DNA from: an uncultured Spirochaetota bacterium
Lineage (GTDB): Bacteria; Spirochaetota; Brevinematia; Brevinematales; JAOACQ01
Assembly: GCA_963768055.1 (NCBI GenBank)
Contig: CAVYGN010000001.1
Coordinates: forward strand, 1,056,001 to 1,120,000
Reading direction: 5' to 3'
Length of the DNA: 64,000 nucleotides
Part shown: positions 9,087 to 17,726 of the stretch, piece after piece
Position numbering within the stretch: position 1 is the stretch's first letter
Layout: each line of letters starts with the position of its first letter
Translations under genes and position numbers: made by a program
The notes under the pieces: generated by a model
Database searches by the model: none
The model's input: the letters and a program-made list of their open reading frames with translations, nothing else
What the model was told of the DNA's origin: nothing

Positions 9087-10172
9087 ATGGAAACTTTTCA
9101 AAAAAAGGAATTTTTTTACACCGCAAAAGAATCGTTCAATAAAATGGATTATGACGGTGCATTGGAGTTTTTTCTTAAATCGTATAAAGAAGAAAAATTT
9201 GAAAAAGGTCTCGAGTACGTCCTTTATCTTTTTCTTATCAAATCAAATTATAAAGAGCTTTCCCATGTATTCCAATCTAATGTGAAACCCGATGGATTTG
9301 CCCTATATTCTCTTTATTGGTATAAATTTATGACCGGAGAACTTGATGAACTGTCGGATATACTTTACAGGATGCTTTCGGATAATAATTATTTCTTGAG
9401 GGTATTTGCCATAAAGGAGCTTCATAGGCTAAAGAAGATAGAAGATCCTCAGCAGATCATCAAACAGAAGATAAAATTCTTCGGATTATCATACGAGCTT
9501 CCTATTGAAGAGCAGAGAGCATCTTTTTATCTCGATTATCTTTACCAGAGATTCCATCTTTCTCTGATACAGGGTAAGGCTTTATTAAAGGAATATCCGA
9601 TGATAGGCGACATATACATCGATTTTATTGAGATTTGTGAAAAATCAGGAAACGCTTATTATATAAAAGATATCATAACTCATGAAAGCTTCCTGAAACT
9701 TGCGAACACAGATTACAGGCTTATTTATATCCAGAGCAGAGAATTGTACAAAATGGGCAGGATGGACGAGGCTAAGGAATTGCTTGAAAAGCTTATCGCT
9801 TTTTTCAAACATAACCCGATTTTTTATTATAATCTCGGAAATATTTATATGGCGAAAGAAAAATATCTAAAGGCGGCTGACGCTTTCGAGGAAGCTGTTT
9901 CTCTCGCCCCTCTTTTTGAAAGGGCTTATTATAATCTGGGATGCGTTTATTTTCAATTAAGGGACCTCGGCAGGGCGATTAAAAACTTCGAAGAAGCGGT
10001 CAGAATATCGAAGAGGCCCGATTCGCTTTACAATCTCTCGATATGCCTTATTGAAAAAAAAGAACTGAGGGATGCTTATTATTATTTAAACAAGATACCT
10101 GACTGGTATTCTCCAAAATGCCCCCCGAGTTCAATAAAACAGCAGATTAAAGAACTTGTAGTATTTACCTGA
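9087..10172 (+). CDS. Tetratricopeptide repeat protein
   Basis: Repeated YYNLG / A---F--A TPR units in the C-terminal half. Confidence 0.85.
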   Translation: METFQKKEFFYTAKESFNKMDYDGALEFFLKSYKEEKFEKGLEYVLYLFLIKSNYKELSHVFQSNVKPDGFALYSLYWYKFMTGELDELSDILYRMLSDNNYFLRVFAIKELHRLKKIEDPQQIIKQKIKFFGLSYELPIEEQRASFYLDYLYQRFHLSLIQGKALLKEYPMIGDIYIDFIEICEKSGNAYYIKDIITHESFLKLANTDYRLIYIQSRELYKMGRMDEAKELLEKLIAFFKHNPIFYYNLGNIYMAKEKYLKAADAFEEAVSLAPLFERAYYNLGCVYFQLRDLGRAIKNFEEAVRISKRPDSLYNLSICLIEKKELRDAYYYLNKIPDWYSPKCPPSSIKQQIKELVVFT

Positions 10173-10221
10173 GCGCCCTAATTTGATTTTTTAATTTCTT
10201 TATAATAAAATCATTACTCAT

Positions 10222-10983
10222 ATGAAATTCTGCATTTTATCCAGCGGAAGTTCCGGAAATTGTTTTTATATCGAGTCCGATGACACGGCTATTCTAATCG
10301 ATATCGGCTTATCTTATAAGACGCTGATCAGAAATTTATCCATTATAAAAAGAAATATCTCTAATATTAAAGCATTGTTTATCACACATGAACATTCAGA
10401 CCATATTAAGGGCCTTAGGTCCTTTATCAAAACTGCAGGAATACCGGTATTTATCAATTCTAAAAGTAAACTCTATCTCGACATTGCTTTGAATGAGCAT
10501 GAAGAACTACTCTCAGGTAAAACAGTTGACCTTGACGGCATAAGCATTATGCCGGTTTCTATATCACATGACGCGGCTAATACTTTCGGTTTTAAAGTAA
10601 CCGATAAAAAATCTTCTTTATTTCTGGCAAGCGATATAGGCAGTATCGATGAAAATATCGTCGAACAGGCCCGGGGAGCTCATGCTATTGCTATAGAATC
10701 TAACCATGATATTGATATGCTGAAAAAATCGGAATATCCCCAATATCTAAAAAAAAGAATTTCAGGCCGTTTCGGCCACCTTTCTAACGATTCTGCGGCT
10801 GATTTTATTGAGCGATCTGCCACAGACAGCACAAAAAACGTTTTCTTTTTACACCTCTCACAAAACAACAATTCACCAGGTCTTATTGAACAAATTATTG
10901 AAAGCAGGCTTTCAGGCAAATTCCCGGACACAGCCTTCCATATTTCCTGCCGGGATAAACCATCGGAATTATTTGATCTTTAG
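10222..10983 (+). CDS. MBL-fold metallo-hydrolase (YycJ/WalJ-like)
   Basis: SGSSGN, THEHSDH, SHDA, ESNHD, GHLSN, HLS. Confidence 0.92.
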   Translation: MKFCILSSGSSGNCFYIESDDTAILIDIGLSYKTLIRNLSIIKRNISNIKALFITHEHSDHIKGLRSFIKTAGIPVFINSKSKLYLDIALNEHEELLSGKTVDLDGISIMPVSISHDAANTFGFKVTDKKSSLFLASDIGSIDENIVEQARGAHAIAIESNHDIDMLKKSEYPQYLKKRISGRFGHLSNDSAADFIERSATDSTKNVFFLHLSQNNNSPGLIEQIIESRLSGKFPDTAFHISCRDKPSELFDL

Positions 10984-11132
10984 TTTTTAAAAAGCCGTTA
11001 TTTCGAACGCTGGGTTTATCCTGTAAGGGTTTAATCTTCACCGGTGTAAGATTTCTCTTTGATGTATAAAGACAAATCTTGTTTATTCCGATATTTTTAT
11101 TATGTGCTCCATGGTATTTAAACGGAGTCGGC

Positions 11133-12059
11133 ATGAAGATTTTTAAACTCCCTGGAATTATTCTTTTGTTTCTCTTTTCAATTATTATATCCCTGTATGG
11201 AGAACTGCAGGTAGGGCTCCAGTTTTACAGAGAAACATACAGGCTTAATGAACCTATACCGGTACAAATAAATGTTGTAAACAATTCAACCGCTCCGGTG
11301 AAGTTTTATATTTCGCCGCTCATTTATGAATCGTTGTTTTTTACCTTGAAGACGCCAAGGAATGAAGACGTCCCCCTTTTAGACAGTTTCCAGGTTGAAA
11401 TGAAGAATAATTCATCCTCCAGCGGGGATTTCCGTGAAATTACTCTCATGCCGAGGGAAGAGTTTTCAAGATTGATCGATTTAACCCAATGGTTCGATAT
11501 AAGAGAATCCGGCTATTATTATATAAAGGGATTGTTTTATCCGAATCCTGATAAAAAAAGCGAACCTACTGAATCTTTCAACTATAAAATTTTTATAAAA
11601 CCCCCTGTCATTGTTGAAAAACAAATATCAACTGAAGAACTCGAGCGGCAGGCGGATTTTGAAAAAATTATGAAGCTTCCTCCCTATGATGTAATAGACG
11701 ATTTTTTGGATGCAAAGATGAAAAAGGACTGGGAACGCTTTCTGCTGCACATCGATGCTGCCCGCCTTATTAAATCTTTCGATGATTACTACAAGGCCTA
11801 TCAAAATGCAAGGAGCGGCTCATACCAGCTTCAGGTAATAGAAGATTTTAAAAAATATCTTACAGTTTATTGGCAGGATAGAATTCAGAGCTACAAGATC
11901 CTTGAAAGCCATATAACCGAAAACGACGCCACAGTCGTCACAGAAGTGGATTTTAAGGTAAAACTTTTCAGTTATACTCTCAGATATACTTTCAGCCTGT
12001 ACAAGAACCATCTCAACCAGTGGCTGATTTATGACTATTCAGCATTGAAAGTTAGATAA
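11133..12059 (+). CDS. Hypothetical exported protein
   Basis: Long ORF; signal-peptide-like MKIFKLPGIILLFLF; GGAG before ATG 11133. Confidence 0.7.
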   Translation: MKIFKLPGIILLFLFSIIISLYGELQVGLQFYRETYRLNEPIPVQINVVNNSTAPVKFYISPLIYESLFFTLKTPRNEDVPLLDSFQVEMKNNSSSSGDFREITLMPREEFSRLIDLTQWFDIRESGYYYIKGLFYPNPDKKSEPTESFNYKIFIKPPVIVEKQISTEELERQADFEKIMKLPPYDVIDDFLDAKMKKDWERFLLHIDAARLIKSFDDYYKAYQNARSGSYQLQVIEDFKKYLTVYWQDRIQSYKILESHITENDATVVTEVDFKVKLFSYTLRYTFSLYKNHLNQWLIYDYSALKVR

Positions 12060-12075
12060 TAAAAAGGGGTTCTCC

Positions 12076-13272
12076 ATGACTTTTTATCCCCTGTTCGGAA
12101 ATAATAACGATTTGCATAGGGAACTTCGAAAAATAGGATGTAATGAAAAGGCGATTTCAATTATAAGCAAAAAATTCGATATATTTCCGATTAAAATAAT
12201 CGGTATGAAACCAAGCCTGGCAAATATTATCAAGCAGGAAATGATCTCATGCAAGGGCGATGCGGTAGTCAATGAAAAATCCGTTTCATGCACTGTGGAA
12301 AAAACAGACGTTCTTCTTCTCGGAACAGAATCTATCTATTTGAATTTTTTCAGAAAAATGGATTATCAGAATTCTCCGACACTTTTCGAACTTGCCAAAC
12401 AATTGAGGAAAATGCTGGAAAATTACCGCAGCCGGACACCGGTTCTGAAAACAAGGAATAACAAGACAATTTTATTTTCCAAAACGGTAATTATGGGAAT
12501 TCTGAATGTTACCGTTGATTCGTTTTATGACGGGGGAAAATATATAGATAAAGACAAAGCGTTAAAAAGATGCGAGGCGATGATTAAAGAAGGCGCCGAT
12601 ATAATTGATATTGGAGCTGAATCTTCAAGACCGGGGTCAAGCCCCGTCGGTTATGAAGAGGAAATAGAAAAAATTGTACCCATTGTCGAGGTTTTATCGC
12701 ATAACATGAATGTTGTAATCTCCGTCGATACTAACAAAGCTGTCGTAGCCGAAGAAGCCTTAAAAGCGGGGGCGGATATTATCAACGATATAAGTGCGAT
12801 GCGTTTCGATGAATCCATGGCGGATACAGTAAAACGTTTTGATGCTGTCGTCATATTGATGCATATGCAGGGAAAGCCAATGGATATGCAAAAAGAACCG
12901 CATTATGAGGATGTAATCAGGGAAATTGTAGAATATTTCGACGAAAGGGTTCAATCAGCTCTATCGAACGGTATATCGGCAGAACGTTTGATAATCGACC
13001 CCGGGATTGGATTCGGGAAGCGGATCGAGGACAATATAGCAGTGATTAAAAACATATCGACATTTAAAAAATACGGTCTGCCCTTAATGATCGGAGTTTC
13101 AAGAAAGTCTTTTATCGGTAATTTACAGGAAAACGGAGCTCCTCCGGAAGATAGACTCTACGGCACTCTGGGTTTAGGCGCATATTCTTATATAAAGGGA
13201 GCCGATATATTAAGAGTTCACGATGTAAGGGAACATAAAGAAATGTTCAATGTTTTAAATGCTATCAAGTAA
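12076..13272 (+). CDS. folP: Dihydropteroate synthase with N-terminal extension
   Basis: MGILNVT-DSFYDGG, DIGAESSRPG, DPGIGFGK, SRKSF, RVHDV. Confidence 0.95.
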   Translation: MTFYPLFGNNNDLHRELRKIGCNEKAISIISKKFDIFPIKIIGMKPSLANIIKQEMISCKGDAVVNEKSVSCTVEKTDVLLLGTESIYLNFFRKMDYQNSPTLFELAKQLRKMLENYRSRTPVLKTRNNKTILFSKTVIMGILNVTVDSFYDGGKYIDKDKALKRCEAMIKEGADIIDIGAESSRPGSSPVGYEEEIEKIVPIVEVLSHNMNVVISVDTNKAVVAEEALKAGADIINDISAMRFDESMADTVKRFDAVVILMHMQGKPMDMQKEPHYEDVIREIVEYFDERVQSALSNGISAERLIIDPGIGFGKRIEDNIAVIKNISTFKKYGLPLMIGVSRKSFIGNLQENGAPPEDRLYGTLGLGAYSYIKGADILRVHDVREHKEMFNVLNAIK

Positions 13273-13316
13273 AACAGGTTGTCTGACGAAAATAAATGAA
13301 GAGGTTTTAAGGTTAA

Positions 13317-14423
13317 ATGAAAGATTATAAAAACCTTTTCCAGGACAAGTTCAAAAAGCTTGAGAAGGAAATAAATAAAAGTTTCCGGACTATCAATAAA
13401 ATCGAAATAAATAGAAAACGCAGCGTTATTCCTGTCATAAAAAAAATTGTTTTTAATCCCCTTACCATGATTATTTCAGGTGTAATAGTTATCTTATTCA
13501 TACTGTTTACTTCATTTATGGCTTTTGTGGGCGGGAAACTTCCATCGTACGAAGGCTCGTTTATAGGTATGACCAAAATACAGGAAGAGCTGGATTCTAT
13601 GGTTAACCTTCAGGGCGAGGGTGGAAATGAAAATAAAATAAATGATACGAACAATAATGAGCTAAAGTTCTTCTTTTATAAGATCAAGCAGGGAGAATCC
13701 CTGTATACGATTTCGAAGAAGCTTGGCGTTTCAATGGACACATTGATAAGTCTCAATAGTATTGAAAACGCTCAGAATCTCGGGAACGGAAAAAGGATCA
13801 TTATTCCCAATCTCCAGGGAATTATTTATTGTGTAAAAAAGGGCGATACCCTTGAAAATATCGCTTCCAGATATAAGATTTCTACAGAGGATATCAAGGA
13901 TGCCAATGACATCGAACAGGAGCAGATAACCGAGGGTGTGCTCCTTGAAGGTACTATACTTTTCCTGCCGGGAGCTACCCTGACCCCGGCTGAGAGGGCG
14001 AAAGCCCTTGGCTACTGGTTCTTCAAACCTCTTAGAGGTATATTTACATCATCATTCGGGATAAGAAAAGATCCATATACCGGTGAAGCCGGATTCCATA
14101 CAGGGATCGATATCGGCGCTCCGTACGGTTCGGTGGTGAAGGCCTCGAAAGAGGGAATTGTTACTTTTGCCGGATGGAACGGCAATTATGGAAAATGTAT
14201 AATCATAAAGCACCAGTTCGGGTATGAGACAGTCTATGGGCACCTTTCGCAAATCATAGTCAATAACAATGCATGGGTCAGGGAAGGCCAGGTCATAGCA
14301 AGAGTCGGAACAACCGGCCGTTCGACGGGACCTCACCTTCATTTCGAAGTAAGGAAATTCGGAAGACCTATGAATCCCTTAAGGATGTCTGGATTAAACA
14401 GACAGGCCGGTCAATGGTATTGA
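13317..14423 (+). CDS. LysM-containing M23 peptidase, membrane anchored
   Basis: Two LysM repeats; HTGID and GPHLHFE. Confidence 0.93.
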   Translation: MKDYKNLFQDKFKKLEKEINKSFRTINKIEINRKRSVIPVIKKIVFNPLTMIISGVIVILFILFTSFMAFVGGKLPSYEGSFIGMTKIQEELDSMVNLQGEGGNENKINDTNNNELKFFFYKIKQGESLYTISKKLGVSMDTLISLNSIENAQNLGNGKRIIIPNLQGIIYCVKKGDTLENIASRYKISTEDIKDANDIEQEQITEGVLLEGTILFLPGATLTPAERAKALGYWFFKPLRGIFTSSFGIRKDPYTGEAGFHTGIDIGAPYGSVVKASKEGIVTFAGWNGNYGKCIIIKHQFGYETVYGHLSQIIVNNNAWVREGQVIARVGTTGRSTGPHLHFEVRKFGRPMNPLRMSGLNRQAGQWY

Positions 14424-14429
14424 TTTTAC

Positions 14430-15386
14430 ATGGATAGGGTTCTTTTATATCTGATCAAAGACGGCGGTTTCGTCTCCGGTCAGGATCTGGCGGGAGAACT
14501 TGATATTTCAAGGGCTGCCGTCTGGAAACATATCAAAAATGCCAGAGAATCCGGTTTTGTAATCACATCTTCGCAGAAAAAGGGATATAAGATCGTAAAA
14601 TATCCTGAAAATAGGATCATCCCCGAATTAATCGCCAAATACTTCGGAAGCGAACTTCCTTTCGACTTGATTTATTTGGATAGTGTAATATCTACGAATA
14701 CTTACGCCAGGGAAACAAAAAAACGCGGGAATGAAGGCAATTTTATATTGTTTGCCGAAGAACAGACTGGCGGCCGTGGCAGATTCGATAGAACATGGAC
14801 AAGCGAAAAGGGGAAGGATCTTACTTTCTCTATTTCACTGAATATTGATAAACCCGTGAAGGAAATCTATAAATTTACGATGCTTTCAGGACTAGCAGTT
14901 CTCCTTGCCGTCAGGAACATATTAAATGGAAAAGCCGAAATCTCAATTAAATGGCCAAACGATATCATTATAGGTGACAGGAAACTTTGCGGTATTTTAT
15001 CGGAAATAATTACTGAAGAAATGCTGATAAAAAGAATAATAATCGGGATAGGGATCAATGTGAATTCAATCCCTGCAATTCAGCAGGCTGTCTCTCTTAA
15101 AAATATACTTGCTGAAGATACCGATAGGAATCTGCTTTTTGCAATGATTATAAAAAATTTTTATAATTTTTTCATCCGGTATGAAAACGGGGAATTTCAG
15201 GTAATTTTCAGGGAATGGAAGAATAATCTCGGATGGTTAGGCAGGGATGTCAGTTTTAACGATGGAAGAACCGTTGTAGCCGGTAAATTAAAAGACATTG
15301 ATGAAAACGGTGCTGTCGTGATTGAGACAGCAGGCGGTGACAGGACATACTACAGCGGCGACCTCATTGCAGGCCGTCTTCCATGA
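14430..15386 (+). CDS. birA: Bifunctional biotin ligase/repressor
   Basis: N-terminal HTH (SRAAVWK), QTGGRGR, KWPND, KLCGIL, GIGIN. Confidence 0.95.
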   Translation: MDRVLLYLIKDGGFVSGQDLAGELDISRAAVWKHIKNARESGFVITSSQKKGYKIVKYPENRIIPELIAKYFGSELPFDLIYLDSVISTNTYARETKKRGNEGNFILFAEEQTGGRGRFDRTWTSEKGKDLTFSISLNIDKPVKEIYKFTMLSGLAVLLAVRNILNGKAEISIKWPNDIIIGDRKLCGILSEIITEEMLIKRIIIGIGINVNSIPAIQQAVSLKNILAEDTDRNLLFAMIIKNFYNFFIRYENGEFQVIFREWKNNLGWLGRDVSFNDGRTVVAGKLKDIDENGAVVIETAGGDRTYYSGDLIAGRLP

Positions 15387-15398
15387 ATAATTGATTGA

Positions 15399-15547
15399 GG
15401 GCGGTTCCAAAAACTAGTTTTTGGAAAACTATTGCAATAATGAATCTAATAATTCCGCCCAATGGGCCCTGGTGCCTGGACTGGTGCCAGTCCCCAGGAC
15501 AGGTGCACGACCTTGCTGCCCCAAAGGGGCAGTTATTAGAAGTGCCC
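15399..15547. mobile_element. MITE copy 1 (110-bp core + 39-bp nested insert), TTGA flanking duplication
   Basis: GGGCGGTTCCAAAAAC...TAGAAGTGCCC ends shared with 19397 and 33545. Confidence 0.8.
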
Positions 15548-15576
15548 TTGATATAATATTTTTAAAATAGTATAAT
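15548..15576 (+). promoter_or_regulatory. Sigma70-type promoter of galE
   Basis: TTGATA-N17-TATAAT, then GAGGAGG RBS. Confidence 0.65.
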
Positions 15577-15603
15577 GGATGCTGCGGTATTTGAGGAGGA
15601 ATT

Positions 15604-16587
15604 ATGTCGATTCTCGTAGCGGGCGGAGCCGGTTACATAGGCAGTCATGTTTGCAAGATGCTGGCTAAAAGAGGCTACGATGTTATTGTATATGATAGCC
15701 TTGTTCATGGCTACAGACAATTCGCCAAATGGGGAGAATTCATACTGGGAAGCACCGGCGACCAGGGCCAGTTAGACCTTGTATTTTCTCATTATAAGAT
15801 AGATGCGGTTATGCACTTTTGCGCATTTATTGAAGTCGGCGAATCCGTTATCGACCCTGAAAAATATTACGTCAACAACCTTAAAAATACGATAAACCTG
15901 CTCGAAGCCATGAACAGGCATAAAGTCGGCAAGATAATATTTTCATCGACCGCTGCGGTTTACGGAATGCCGGAGAGGATTCCTATCGAGGAAGACGACA
16001 AAAAAATACCTATAAATCCTTACGGCAGGACAAAATGGATGATCGAACATATCCTTGAAGATTATGACTCGGCTTATGGGGTCCGAAGTATAAGGTTCAG
16101 GTATTTTAACGCAGCGGGGGCGGACCCTGATAAGGAAATCGGCGAGGCGCATATCCCCGAATCACATCTTATCCCCCTCGTTCTCGACGCGGCGGCCGGT
16201 AAAAGGGATGACATTAAAATTTTCGGGACCGATTATGAAACTAAGGATGGAACATGCATCCGGGATTACATTCATGTAAACGATCTGGCCGATGCGCATA
16301 TCAAAGGAGTGCAATACCTGCTTGACGGAGGTAAGACGGATTATTTCAACCTCGGGGCAGGCGACGGATTTTCAGTTAGAGAAGTCATAGAAACCGTTAA
16401 AAGAATAACAAAAAAGGATTTTAAGATAATGGAAATGGAAAGACGTCCGGGCGACCCGGCTTATCTTATAGCTAAAAGCGATAAGGCAAAGAGCCGCCTC
16501 GGCTGGAAAATTGAATTCGGTCTCGATGAAATTATCAGGACAGCCTGGAATTGGCACCAGATCAGGATCGCCTCCGCATTCAAATAA
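15604..16587 (+). CDS. galE: UDP-glucose 4-epimerase
   Basis: GGAGYIGSH, FSSTAAVYG, YGRTK, RYFNAAGA, RDYIHV. Confidence 0.96.
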   Translation: MSILVAGGAGYIGSHVCKMLAKRGYDVIVYDSLVHGYRQFAKWGEFILGSTGDQGQLDLVFSHYKIDAVMHFCAFIEVGESVIDPEKYYVNNLKNTINLLEAMNRHKVGKIIFSSTAAVYGMPERIPIEEDDKKIPINPYGRTKWMIEHILEDYDSAYGVRSIRFRYFNAAGADPDKEIGEAHIPESHLIPLVLDAAAGKRDDIKIFGTDYETKDGTCIRDYIHVNDLADAHIKGVQYLLDGGKTDYFNLGAGDGFSVREVIETVKRITKKDFKIMEMERRPGDPAYLIAKSDKAKSRLGWKIEFGLDEIIRTAWNWHQIRIASAFK

Positions 16588-16591
16588 AAAA

Positions 16592-17704
16592 ATGAAAACA
16601 TTAAATTTAAAACTCCTTAAAACTATTGACGATTCATATCCCATATATGTGGGAAAAGGCATTTTAGTTGATTCGCTGAAAGATATAATAAAAAAAGTAT
16701 CGCCTACCGGGATCGCATTCATTACTGATTCCAGGGTAGGTTCTATCTATTTTGATTATATGAAATCCATTCCCTTGAATTGTCCCGCCTGTTTTTTATC
16801 TTTCAAATCAGGAGAAAGGCAAAAAAATATAGATACCGTCATGGGCCTGTTTAAAAAAATTGTCAGGAATAAGTTAGACAGGAAATCGCTTATCATAGCT
16901 GTCGGAGGCGGTGTAACAGGCGATATTTCGGGGTTCCTTTCATCTATATACCTGCGCGGTATTCCATTCGTACAGGTGCCTACCAGCCTTCTTTCCATGG
17001 TTGACAGTTCAATCGGCGGGAAGACCGGGGTAGATTCTGAGGAGGGAAAAAACCTGATCGGAAGTTTTTACCAGCCGAAGGCCGTGATCAGCGATATTGA
17101 ATTCATATCCACACTTCCAGGGGCTGAATTGCTGAACGGGATGGCCGAAGTCATTAAACATGCTTTGATAAGAGACAGGTCTTATTTCGAACTTATAAGG
17201 GACAAACGGGATAAGATACTTTCCCTTGATCCTGAATTACTCATTAAAGTAGTGGAAATGAGCTGCCTGATAAAAGCCTCCGTTGTTGAAAAAGATGAGA
17301 AGGAAAAATCTCTGCGCCAGATCCTGAATTTCGGACATACCCTTGGCCATGCAATTGAAAAATCCAGTCGTTTTTCTATACCTCATGGCTATTCGGTAGC
17401 TATGGGAATGATAATCGAATCCCATATATCATTTATGAGAAACCTTTTAAGCGCAGCCGAGCTTGAAGCGATTGTAAATCTTATTAAATCCTACGGTTTG
17501 GACAGGTATATATCCATGATTAAAGGAATTTCACCCGGGAGGATCTGCGAATCGTCCCTTACTGATAAAAAGAACATCAAAATGGAAATAAAAGCTGTAA
17601 TGCTCAAAAAAATCGGTGAAGTTTACGAAGAGGAAGGGGCATTCTCTTTTTCTATCGGGCGGGAAGAAATAGGATCGGGTTTGAATTATCTTTTCAAACT
17701 TTAG
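16592..17704 (+). CDS. aroB: 3-dehydroquinate synthase
   Basis: GGGVTGD, PTSLLSMVDSSIGGKTG, LNFGHTLGHAIE. Confidence 0.95.
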   Translation: MKTLNLKLLKTIDDSYPIYVGKGILVDSLKDIIKKVSPTGIAFITDSRVGSIYFDYMKSIPLNCPACFLSFKSGERQKNIDTVMGLFKKIVRNKLDRKSLIIAVGGGVTGDISGFLSSIYLRGIPFVQVPTSLLSMVDSSIGGKTGVDSEEGKNLIGSFYQPKAVISDIEFISTLPGAELLNGMAEVIKHALIRDRSYFELIRDKRDKILSLDPELLIKVVEMSCLIKASVVEKDEKEKSLRQILNFGHTLGHAIEKSSRFSIPHGYSVAMGMIIESHISFMRNLLSAAELEAIVNLIKSYGLDRYISMIKGISPGRICESSLTDKKNIKMEIKAVMLKKIGEVYEEEGAFSFSIGREEIGSGLNYLFKL

Positions 17705-17726
17705 TTCGGAAAGGAGTAAAATTGAA

